A DNA stretch of 63,414 bases, counting the filler, from Octopus bimaculoides (lineage: Eukaryota), in NCBI RefSeq assembly GCF_001194135.2. It is 6 parts of 6 records of this genome, joined end to end, with 100 filler letters (N's around TTAATTAATTAA, not from the genome) between each part and the next. Parts side by side here need not be neighbours in the genome. Positions count along the whole stretch, not along the records: positions 19,715 to 45,025 come from NC_068986.1; positions 45,126 to 53,620 come from NC_068989.1; 4 more parts are not named here. One strand, 5' to 3'. Under the pieces are notes generated by a model, which was not told where the DNA came from, did no database searches, and saw nothing but the letters and a program-made list of their open reading frames with translations. The position numbers and the translations under genes are program-made. Positions 39,765-51,300 of the stretch are shown piece after piece; the first letter of the stretch is position 1; each line of letters opens with the position of its first letter.

Positions 39765-41867
39765 ATGTGTGTGCATGTGTGTGTAAGCATATATATATNN
39801 NNNNNNNNNNNNNNNNNNNNNNNNNNNNNNNNNNNNNNNNNNNNNNNNNNNNNNNNNNNNNNNNNNNNNNNNNNNNNNNNNNNNNNNNNNNNNNNNNNNN
39901 NNNNNNNNNNNNNNNNNNNNNNNNNNNNNNNNNNNNNNNNNNNNNNNNNNNNNNNNNNNNNNNNNNNNNNNNNNNNNNNNNNNNNNNNNNNNNNNNNNNN
40001 NNNNNNNNNNNNNNNNNNNNNNNNNNNNNNNNNNNNNNNNNNNNNNNNNNNNNNNNNNNNNNNNNNNNNNNNNNNNNNNNNNNNNNNNNNNNNNNNNNNN
40101 NNNNNNNNNNNNNNNNNNNNNNNNNNNNNNNNNNNNNNNNNNNNNNNNNNNNNNNNNNNNNNNNNNNNNNNNNNNNNNNNNNNNNNNNNNNNNNNNNNNN
40201 NNNNNNNNNNNNNNNNNNNNNNNNNNNNNNNNNNNNNNNNNNNNNNNNNNNNNNNNNNNNNNNNNNNNNNNNNNNNNNNNNNNNNNNNNNNNNNNNNNNN
40301 NNNNNNNNNNNNNNNNNNNNNNNNNNNNNNNNNNNNNNNNNNNNNNNNNNNNNTATATATATATATAGAGAGAGAGAGAGAGATAGATAGATAGATAGAT
40401 AGATAGATATATAGATAGATAGATAGATAGATAGATAAATATTACTGGTAATATTAGTGGCGATTTAAAAGCATGAACGGTGCAGGAAAATTTAGTAACG
40501 TACACATACATAATATAATATAATATTAATATAAAACAATATAATTATGGTGCTATAAAACAGCAGTTTCGCTAGAAATAGGAGTCACATGAATCCCTGA
40601 CCCTCATAGAGCACACTTAAGACAAGCATGGTGAAAGGCGGCGGCGAATAAAAAATATGGGTATATGTATATATATAATGGAAGCTGAAAATGCACTGGT
40701 ATTTGTATAGATATGTTATATAAAAAATTTAAGTGTTAACCATTTTCATAGATAGTTTATACAGAGAACATGGCTCAAATCAGCATCTGTTTTAGATAGG
40801 ATTTGACTGGTCGAGGATAACAACGTGATCGGGTTTAGAAATTTATGTATGTCCTCCGGTACGTTCGTTCTTTACTGTCATGTGACACTGTCCTTGGAGC
40901 AGTTAGTTAAAGCTGTCACAGTTGATTGAACATAGCTAGTAACATGAATGGAGACAACCATCAAAGTCATCTCAGCTAAAAGTAGCAGAGGAAGATCACG
41001 TGATTTGTAATCTTATATATTTTTGTATATTGTCTACTACGTCTGTGTGTTTATGTCATATGACTATTTTTGAGTGAATATGTCTAGTGATTGTCCCAAA
41101 ATAAGGCTCTAAATTTAATCTGACAACCTGTAGACTGGACAGCAGTTGTTTCTATCTAGTCTAGTACAATTATAGTTTGTGTCTAGCTATAGTTTGTGTC
41201 TAATTATAGTTTCTGTCTATGGTTGCTGGTGTGAAATTTTGTTATCCAAACGTTTCTGCGTTAGTGTCATACAGGATCATGATCATTTCAAAGTTTTGGC
41301 TGTTAGCTGAATGACACTGGGCAAATTTACACAAGTTTCTAAATAATATTTGCTATTTGATTCCCAATTTGAGTGTTTTTTATGATGTGTTACATTGAAT
41401 TTTCCTTTTCATTATTTATTAATCAAATTATGCTCACTCACTCATTAAAGAAATTTAGAATAATTCAAGTATTCGAAAGCAACTAAAATCTTTCGTAATA
41501 TATACTGTATATACAAGATCTATTTTGATTAGAATTTAAAAGAATTATCTAGATAGTGTAGAATATTAAAATTACGTTGTTTTTCTAAAGGTTACGTATG
41601 ATAACGTATTAATATACAAATTTCTTTTCTATAGTATCACTAATTTAATGATGATACAAATAAAAACTACACTTACTGTCTTTATGGTGTTTCATATTGG
41701 TATGTGATATAATAGTGATATATTCTATTTGATATTGACTTTAATACTGATATAGCCTAATCATACCCATTTGGTCTTTAAATCGCTATTGTTTTTGATT
41801 TTTTTAAAGAACTAGTTGCCCTAAAAATACGACCTGCAATACTGATATGGTTTTCTTATATTTTCAG

Positions 41868-41929
41868 TTGTTCGAAGCATATACAAAAATAATGAGCAAT
41901 GTGTTGGACGTTATCATAAATGAAATCAG
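41868..41929 (+). CDS. EGF-SEA gene exon: SEA module part 2
   Basis: TATTTTCAG / GTAAAT, 62 nt, phase 0-2. Reads LFEAYTKIMSNVLDVIINEI(R); phases fit both neighbours. Confidence 0.8.
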
Positions 41930-43678
41930 GTAAATATATGCTAGAACGTATTATATGCAGACGCATCAGACACAACCGTATGAAAAAATCTCTCTCCCTC
42001 TTTACCATATAGGCATACGTATATAATACGCGTGTGCGTAACATATTCATAATATATATATATATATAATTCAATATATTCGTACACTCGCACATACACA
42101 AACATACACATACTCTCACATAAACAGACATGTATATCTGTATTATTGTATGTATGCATGTATGTATGACATTATTCAGCTTATTTCAAGATTTCTTACC
42201 AATAGAGAAACCGGTTTCTAACCTACATCCAAGGTTCCTTCATTGGAATTTCAGCATCAACAACCGGGTATTCTGTTTGTATGTGTGTACAGATTTATAT
42301 GTTTTATGTATTTATTCTCAAGCATATAGTTGCATATCTAGGCATGTATGTATATATGTGTGTATGCATGTGTGTATCTATGTATGTCATTGTTCAGTTT
42401 TATTTTTAAGATTTGTTGCTAATAGAGAAAGAGCTGGTTTCTAAACTAGATTCAGGTCTCCTTCATTAGAATTTCAGCATCAATAACAGGGTATTTTTGT
42501 TTGGATGTATCAGGCAAAGAATGTTGGTAAAGGAGCTGCTTTCCAGTCTTATAATATTATCAGCCTTTTGTGTACAAACTTGGCCAAGGGATGCACTTCG
42601 ACACTTGATGGAGATGTTACTAGTCTGGTTTATAGTTTCCCCCTCTTTTCATAACTTTATAACAACATTTATCCTAACAACACTCCAACCCTACATCCTT
42701 TGAAAATGTTGTAACTAAGTCAAGGTTCTTTTTCATCTCATGCGTATACTTTGCATAAATTTTTATGTCAGCCACAAAGAATCAGTGTGTAATTTTAGTA
42801 TTTGTTTCCTTGTGAACCAGTGAGATATCCTTCAGAAATCCTCCGAATTTGAGTAAATGTGTATAGAATAATATATCAGTTGAATAAAGATAAAACATGG
42901 TCTAGTTTTCACGTGACCATAGACCATCTTTCTTTCCTCACGGGACCATCTTTCTTTACTGCACAGATTTCTAAAGACTAGACATCTCATATCTCTCTCT
43001 TCTATCTTATCCCTTTTCAAAGAAAATATTTCTTTCAGCGTTCACTATTTTCCCCTCGTTCAGGTCTAACAACCTTCCATGTTTGTTTTTATTCGGTTTC
43101 CCTGTATGTCTCCACTGTCCTGTTTTTGATCCTAAATTTTACCCTCGATAAATCCAAAATGTTATTTTGGTATTTATGGGTGCAACTGTCTCCGAAGACT
43201 CATATTGTCGTTGTTTTCTCGAAATGGGGAGTAGATATACAGCCTGTTTGGCCAATTTAATTGTTAATACATTGCTAATTTTATGTAATGTGTTAAAGTA
43301 TATTCTTTGACTGTCCATTGATATGAGCTGTAATTTGCAAAACCATCCCGGTTTTGAAGTTCTGTCTTAGGAAGTTTTGATTGAGACTATGACAATATAT
43401 TAAGTTCTCTTTCAATGCTTTAAATCTCTGGAATACGAAACTGGAAAACTTAAAGATAAAATTTCCAAGCTCTATTCTGTGTCATATTTCTTATTTCATT
43501 ATTCACCATCACTATGTATATATGTACGGTATTGCCCTTCCTTAGCGCACATTTATCTCTGTAACATTCATCACCACTAATGCAACAGTTTGATGTACTT
43601 AACATTGATTGGGTTTTAAATATCCTCTTCAAAACATTTTTTTCTGAAACAGTAACTTTGTAAAAACTTATGTTTCAG

Positions 43679-43830
43679 GAATGGCTCTGTCATTGTGAAT
43701 CACACTGTTAAAACCACAAATGAGTCACTAGTAGCTCTGAATATGACTTTGCAAAGTATTGAAGAAAATGGACTGAATGTTGAAGGTGTGACTTATAATA
43801 CAAAATTAGTCTCACTAGCGGGAATATATT
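43679..43830 (+). CDS. EGF-SEA gene exon: SEA module part 3 with GSVIV motif
   Basis: TGTTTCAG / GTAAGT, 152 nt, phase 2-1. Reads (R)NGSVIVNHTVKTTNESLVALNMTLQSIEENGLNVEGVTYNTKLVSLAGIY. Confidence 0.85.
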
Positions 43831-44820
43831 GTAAGTATGTTCCACAACACTTTACTAATTTAACTTTGTCATATACTTTGAGAATACAGTCATGTTTCAC
43901 CAGAATGATAGGTCACCAGAGTATACATACCATGCAGTTTAGTTCCATTTGTTTTTCTGCTTAAGATTTCAAACATCGTCTGAATATTATTTCATTTTGT
44001 CTGTTTTATTTGCCACAAATTTGACATAACTGATGCCAATTATCTATGGGGAAATATGGACAGGTATATAAACTGAATTTATATAAACTAATTCTATCCC
44101 TTGAAATATGTATGTTGGGAACGTGAGTGATTATATTAATGGAGGCACAGATAAGTGTGTAAATACTATTACAACCACCTAAGTTTACTTCATTGACAAC
44201 GAACTGCACTTTTTATTCATGTTGGCTAATATATACACTGTAGATTATGAGTTATCTATATAATGCATTTTATGAATTTAAAAAAAAATCATCATGCACA
44301 GTTTAGTAGACAGTAAATAGCTATACGTATCCAGAAAAGAAGGGGATAATTTCACTTGAAAATAAACAAATAGTCTGTATGAAGAAAGGAAGAACAAGAT
44401 AAAAACGAGGATGCTGCAAGAAGAAATAGTAAGGTAATAAAAAATAGCGATAGATTTACAAGAATATTGAATCAGTTAACCACGTATTTCTCCTGTAAAC
44501 GTTTTGCAATTCATTGAATACGAATCCTCCTCTTACTTAAACAACTTATTTCTAAGTTGAGCAAAATGTTTTACAAACTCCAATCAGTCAGTAATAAACA
44601 ATTCAATTGTTTGAAAAGTAAATATAAGATCTTTCACTTCAATATTTCTTCACAAGCAATAATTAATTTTTAGATTCATGAAAACATTCGTTATCAAAAA
44701 TAAAAAGATAATACACTGAGGCTTTACTACTGCGTATGAGAAAATTTTTATTGAAATGCAAAATAAAATCATTCGATATTTACCGTCTGAGATAAATATC
44801 GTTAATACATATTTAATTTA

Positions 44821-45020
44821 GGCACAAGGCCCGGAATTTCTTGGGAAGGGAACCAGTCGAGTAGACCGACCACACTACGCAACTGGTACTTAATTTATCG
44901 GCTCCGAAAGGATGATAGACAAAATCAACCACGGCAGAATTTGAACTCAGAACATAAAAATAGACGAAATTCCGCTAAGCATTTCGCCCGGCGTGCTAAC
45001 GTTTCTGCCAGCTCACTGCC
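44821..45020 (-). mobile_element. SINE family A
   Basis: Near-consensus copy. Confidence 0.9.
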
Positions 45021-45812
45021 TTATGNNNNNNNNNNNNNNNNNNNNNNNNNNNNNNNNNNNNNNNNNNNNTTAATTAATTAANNNNNNNNNNNNNNNNNNN
45101 NNNNNNNNNNNNNNNNNNNNNNNNNACCATTATTATTATTGTTGTTGTTGTTGTTGTTTTCTTCTTTCTTCAAATGAAGGCTGGGGGGTATATCAGCCGA
45201 AACGTTGTGTTAACAACAAACAAGATGAGGACAAATATCCGTCAAATGTAAATAATGTAAATAATGTACATAATTCCTCATCTCTTAAATATAGAACTGT
45301 ATTATCTAATCGGTACGGAGCCAACATTAGACTTCAATGGAGACATACAGAGAAACTCCATCAAAAACTAGCTCGTCTTTCAAACCATCTAACTTTCCTG
45401 TGTAGATGTAGAGACTCAACGCTAATACCACCTGGCTTGAATATAATGACACCAGTGGATTCATATAAAGCTAGAAGAATAGCGGAAAGGGCTGGACATG
45501 TCCTCGTCCGTGAGTGGATCCATTACAACCGTTGGAAAAGACATCAACTAAATAACGAAATCAAAGAGAGGTTACCTTCATTACTTGGAAAATAACCAGA
45601 GATGATGATAGAAAGAGAATCCAACAAGATCTAGAAAAGTCGTACATGAAAGAATTTGAAATGGTGAAGACACGCCAGATTAAGTCGTTTATGAAACTCA
45701 AAGATCAGAGAATGAAGACTGTAGTCTGTCACCCACCTGTGAAAGCAGTAATTAATGTAAGTAGCCGACATCTAGAAAGCTCTGAAGAAGCAGTACGAAA
45801 CAAAGGTCTCAA

Positions 45813-45873
45813 CTTAATGGTTAAGAGCGTGAGCTACTAACCCCAAGATTCCGAGTTCAATTCCAGGCAGTGA

Positions 45874-45875
<2 letters not shown>
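45813..45875 (+). ncRNA. tRNA-like (A-box/B-box) segment inside the PLE; not a functional tRNA
   Basis: CTTAATGGTTAAGAGCG-TGAG-CTACTAA-CCCCAAGATTCC-GAGTTCAATTCC-AGGCAGTGAC. A homologous segment lies at 30279-30343 (-). The 5' acceptor stem is missing. Confidence 0.6.
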
Positions 45876-45968
<93 letters not shown>

Positions 45969-46015
45969 TCGGAAAATACCTTAGGAATGAGAACCCAGGT
46001 TCGAAATTTCCCCAA

Positions 46016-46061
46016 GACACTTGATGAAGACTGGAGGGTATATCAGCCGAAACGTTATGTT
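46016..46061 (+). ncRNA. Minimal type I hammerhead-like motif in the PLE pseudo-LTR (mutated copy)
   Basis: gacac-TTGATGA-a-GACTG gagggtatat CAGCC-GAAA-CG-TT-atgtt. The 5' pLTR copy (45174-45211) has a perfect GGCTG/CAGCC helix II and GTGTT but is truncated within the core. Confidence 0.6.
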
Positions 46062-46453
46062 AACAATAAACAAGATGAGGACAAATATCCGTCAATGTAA
46101 ATAATGTAAATAATGTACATAATTCCTCATCTCTTAAATATAGAACTGTATTAAAGTTTTTTTTATGAAAAGTTGAAACATGCCTTCTGAATTTTCTTGG
46201 ATTTTCACTTTCTTCACCGTGACATGTATTCAATCGTGAATTTTATAACATTTAGTACATGTTGCAAATAAATGTTGACTTTCTGTACTTTCTTACCTTG
46301 GTGACGCATACTAACTTTTGCTAAATTTGTGACTTTCCATTCTTTTATAGTATAACTATGCTACAGAGAGTATGTTTTCCACCTATATTGACTACATTTC
46401 GTTTTGCTTGAACTTCGTGTGTGTACGTTTTACTGTTTTCAATATTATCAATT

Positions 46454-46541
<88 letters not shown>

Positions 46542-46574
46542 CTGCGTTCTTAACGGCTATAGTAAACTATAGTA

Positions 46575-46856
46575 AAGAATAGTTTACACTGTTTTAATGA
46601 ACCTACATCTAATGAAGTAGCCATCCTTATGGTTGGTGATTCCATTCAAAATCATGATATTCTCATTCGTGTTCAAGATAACAACCTTAAACGTGTTTCA
46701 CAGACTCATCCCTCTTATGATGCTCTCCAGAATAATCTTATTCTGTAGAATGGACAAGATGGGTATTATTTCAATATTCCTTGGACTGAACCTGCAACAG
46801 GATAGCCAATTACAAACAAAAGGGTGTCGCCAAATGACTTCTATTCTTACTAACTG
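46575..46856 (+). mobile_element. Helitron Rep-domain fragment
   Basis: Reads FNEPTSNEVAILMVGDSIQNHDILIRVQDNNLKRVSQTHPSYDALQNNLIL*NGQDGYYFNIP...NKRVSPNDFYSY, matching Helitron N.PT..EVA and H.SYDALQYPL motifs. Confidence 0.85.
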
Positions 46857-46892
46857 ATGTTAAGACCAGAACAATCAAATCCTTTCTACTAT

Positions 46893-47077
46893 AGGCACAA
46901 AGCCTGAAATTTCGGGGGAGGGGACCAGTCCATTATATCGACCACAGTGTCTCACTGGTACTTAATTTATTGACCCCGAAAGGATGAAAGGCAAAGTTGA
47001 CTCCGACGGCATTTCAACAGGCGAAATACCACTCAAGCATTTTGCCCGGCATGCTAACGATTCTTCCAGCTAGTCGC
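46893..47077 (-). mobile_element. SINE family A (small internal deletion)
   Basis: Matches the other copies. Confidence 0.85.
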
Positions 47078-47885
47078 TTTCCAAAACAATCAAATCAATT
47101 ACACATGTCAAATAAACTTTATTTTCATTTACATATTTTCTACGTTATCTCAATAACCAGCTATAGTTATTTCAAATACACTTCTCTACAACGACCCGGT
47201 TTCATTACAAAATGAAAATAGTTTCACACTTTCAATTTGAACCAAAATTACAAAGTGTCGCATTACGAGAGTGATGATGTATGAATAATGAAAGTAATGT
47301 TTCTCCGAATTAGTCACATGTGTATTATATTAAAGAAAGCTATTTATTATCTGTCTACCAAATAAACTATGTTTTTTACTCAACAACTCTTTTTTACAAC
47401 TAAAATAACCTCGGCAACTAGGTTGGGTTGCACAATTTTGAGTTCATTTTCGGGCAATATTTTGACTTGCTTCTAATGTATCACTTTCGTCTGATGTTTC
47501 ACACATGCGTAGAATTCTACTCAGACAAACATTTAGGAAAATGCACACAATAAATATTGTATTAAAATAAGTCACAATAAAAAAAAATTGCATTAAAAGA
47601 TATCAATTTTTCTATGAGGAAATACAGTCTCACTCACTCTCTGGCTCTCTCTCTCTCTCTCTCTCTCNNNNNNNNNNNNNNNNNNNNNNNNNNNNNNNNN
47701 NNNNNNNNNNNNNNNNNNNNNNNNNNNNNNNNNNNNNNNNNNNNNNNNNNNNNNNNNNNNNNNNNNNNNNNNNNNNNNNNNNNNNNNNNNNNNNNNNNNN
47801 NNNNNNNNNNNNNNNNNNNNNNNNNNNNNNNNNNNNNNNNNNNNNNNNNNNNNNNNNNNNNNNNNNNNNNNNNNNNNNNNNNNNN

Positions 47886-47921
<36 letters not shown>

Positions 47922-48084
47922 CGTACAAAAAAGATGTATGCATATGTATTTATGGGTGAAGGTCAAGAATACGCACTCTCGATGTTTAAAGTTAGGGTTA
48001 CACCGAAAACGGGTGGTGTGCGTATTCTCTACCTCCGTCTATTTATGTGTGTGTATATGAAAGGTAATGTATGTGTGTGTGTGT

Positions 48085-48119
<35 letters not shown>

Positions 48120-48379
48120 CGAGTGAGTGCCACTTGCACATACATGCTAACAATTTCATACATCACAACACACACCTTCACTCATTCTCGCTTTCTCTCT
48201 CTCTCTCACTCTCACACACGTTCATTTCATATACACATACATCTTACACTTTCTCCTCTCTTTTACTTTCTCCTCTCACTTCAAAGCAAATGTTGCCTTT
48301 TCACTTTATCCTCTCTTTCAATTTCTGTTCTCTTCAAAGCATACAGAAATTAAAACTATTTTACGGAAGTTAACAAACA

Positions 48380-51300
48380 ATCACATGATCCCATTTATGT
48401 CGAGTTGACAACTTTGCCTCGGCACAGCTTCTGTCAACAAAACTTCACTCACAAAGATTGTGTTGACTCGAGGATATGATAGAAAACATTTGACGAAGAT
48501 GTCTGTGGTGGAAGGATAGTTGACTGGAAGTGAGAAAGAGAGACGTCGCGAAGAGACCGGAATAGGACGAGATGACGTCACGTCGGTGACAGACAGGTTC
48601 AAGTCGGCCTCGTTCTTACGGTGTCTGCGGAAGCAAGTTGTGTGCTGCTAGCAGTCGTGTGTAGTGGTCCAAGCTGGCGAGGAATCGGCAGAGACAATAT
48701 ATGATTACAACTGAATGATTTGGCTGGTCGTCCCCGATTACAACTCGAGGTAAAAACAACTTTATTTCGTAACTTTAAACCACAAGGTATTTTAGCACGT
48801 CCTTACCAGCTGTGAGGATACATCCGAGAATTATATATATTTTTTTCTGTTGTTTTTTGCTGGCCTGCCATTCCGACGCACAATGGCCACAAAAATCGGA
48901 ATTGGTAGTGATATGTTGAGACTGTTGACTGGGGAAGGCGATGGTAGTGGCCTGGATAAAAAAAAAGGTGAGACTCATGGCGAAGCTACAGGGTATAGAA
49001 GATGTGGTTAGCCTTATGCCGCTGTACTTAGAAGGCAGTGCGCTGAATCTAAACTTAGAGATGGATGAAACGGACCAGGAAAACGTTGGAACTGATGAGC
49101 GGCTGAAGGACACGTACACGAAGGGGTATTTTAAAGCCTACTGTAAGCTCGGTGGGAGTGAGATGAACCAGCGAGCAGATAGACGACTACGTGAGTGAGA
49201 TTAGAAAGTTGGTGAGCTTAGTAGGGCTTACTGGAGCAGTGATGGATCGGAGGGTGAAGCTTACTTTTGTGACCGGATTCCCCGACCATATATCTATATG
49301 TCTACAACAGATGCCGGACAGTGAAACGATGTTGGTAGGAGAAATGATTGACAAATCGAGTGTGTGGACGCAAAGCGACACATGCGACATAGTTACAACA
49401 GTCACGGCGGATACGAACAAAACGAAAAGGCAGGCGGTGAACAACGACAGTAACAGTCTGGCGTGGCGAACGGCCTAGGGACCATGTTTCAAATGTCGAG
49501 ATCCGCACATGGTCAAGGAATGTGCGGGACCAAAACCAATAGTTGTGTGTTACCGAAGCGGCCAACCTGAGCACATAGCGAATAACTGCAAGCAGGGAAA
49601 CGAGGCGAGACTACTACGCCACTAGTTCTCTCCACGACCAATTGAAGGCTCACCACAGAGCGTTACCTGCAGTGAGGCTTATGGTAGGGTTGAGGGAAGA
49701 ACGAGCCTTCATGGATACGGGCTGTACGACCACATGGTAACCGCGAGAACGGTCGAGAGCTGGAGAGGAAACATCAGACTCAATGCAGTAGATAGTAGGG
49801 AGGTCAAATGTAGAGGCGTCAGCGGAATGGCTGTGTTCACACGATTGGGCGGTGTGACGGTTTGCAGGACAGGAGTAGAGTTTGGTGATCGGTGTGTTGC
49901 GTGCTGTGAGCGTGGAGCAGAGAAAGAAGGCTGAAGGAGTGACGGACTAGTAGCAGAGAGAAGAGTTTCCATAGACACAATTGTAGACGAAGACTTCCGT
50001 ACTGAATTCGACGGCGAAAGATGGGCGGTGAAGTACTACTTGAAAGGAGAACTTCTCATACTGAGAAACAGGGTGAGCTGCTATGAGTACACTCTGAAAG
50101 GAGAAGCCAGGTACGAGTTCAAGAGAGGACAGCATTCTGATGCTATAGAGTGAGGAGACGACGAGCGGTCTGCTGCCGTTGATGGCTGTGGTTCAACCGA
50201 CAAAGAATAAGGTTCGACCGGTGATGGACTTCAGAGGGTTGAACGAACATATATCCTGTCATATGGGTGGTTGGTGAGGCATCAGACGTGTGTGGAGAAA
50301 CCCTTCGTGAGTGGAGGGGAATGAGGAGAGCGACTACGATCGCCGACCTCAAGTCAGCCTATCTGCAGCTCCACATATCAGAGAAGTTGTGGAAGTACCA
50401 ACTGGTGAGGTACAGAGACAGAGCATACTGCTTAACTGGTTTGGGCCTGAGTTCAGTGCGAAGATCATGGCGAAGGTCCCCAAGGCAGTTTTGGGAAAAG
50501 AGGCTAAAATGGAGCAGGCCACCAACTCATATATTGATGATATCTTGGTAGATGAGAATGTGGCATCGATAGAGGAAATTGGGGACCATCTTAGGAGCTT
50601 CTGACTGACGATAAAACTGCCAGAGGCTAAAAGAGGTATGGCACTAGGGCTCAGGCTCGAAAGAGATAAAGCAAGTAGGCTTGTGTTTCGCAAAAGAAAC
50701 GAAATTCCGGATCTAAATCAGGATATGAATAGGCGAAGGCTGTTCTCGTTGTATGGAAAGCTGGTGGGTCACTACACTGTCGCAGGATGGATCTGAACGA
50801 CATATCAAAAGGCGAGCAGGAGTGAACTGGGGTGATAAAGTGGAAGAGAAGACGATGGTGATAATGTGAGAGGTCTTGAAGAGAGTGCGAGCGGAAGATC
50901 CAGTGAAGGGCAGCTGGTATGTACCTAATACAAAAAAAGGGATCGTGTGGTGTGACGCGAACGGCATAGCGTTGGGAGTCATTCTACAAATAGGAGGTAT
51001 TGAGGAGGAAGATGTGGCGTGGCTTAGGAAAAGGATGACTACAACCACATCAACGTAGCGAAACTGGATGCTGTGTTAAAGGGCATGCACGTAGCGCGCT
51101 GAGATGGGAACTGCAAACTGTTGAGATCCAGACTTATTCCGCCACGGTGCGAGGGTGGGTGGAATCAGTGATCACCAATCGGAAGAGGATTTGCACGAAA
51201 GGGGCCGCGGAAATGATGATTAAGCGTCGCCTGGGAATCCTGAGGGAGCTAGCTGCTGAGTCCGGCTTAGAGTTGTATGTGGTTTTCGTGCCCTCGGAAA

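Larger units (their letters stand above)
45174..46150 (+). mobile_element. Internally deleted Penelope-like element with two direct pseudo-LTRs
   Basis: Direct repeats 45174-45301 and about 46024-46150. Between them is a decayed PLE N-terminus (RYGANIRLQWRHTEKLHQKLARLSNHLTFLCRCRDSTLIPPGL...VINVSSRHLESSEEAVRNKGLN), then a tRNA-like segment and (AAT)n. Confidence 0.85.

Noticed and set aside
45813-45875. Genuine tRNA gene (also the SINE heads at 3688, 18131, 29846)
   Set aside because: Incomplete acceptor stems and poor anticodon stems; embedded in repeats, so treated as tRNA-derived.
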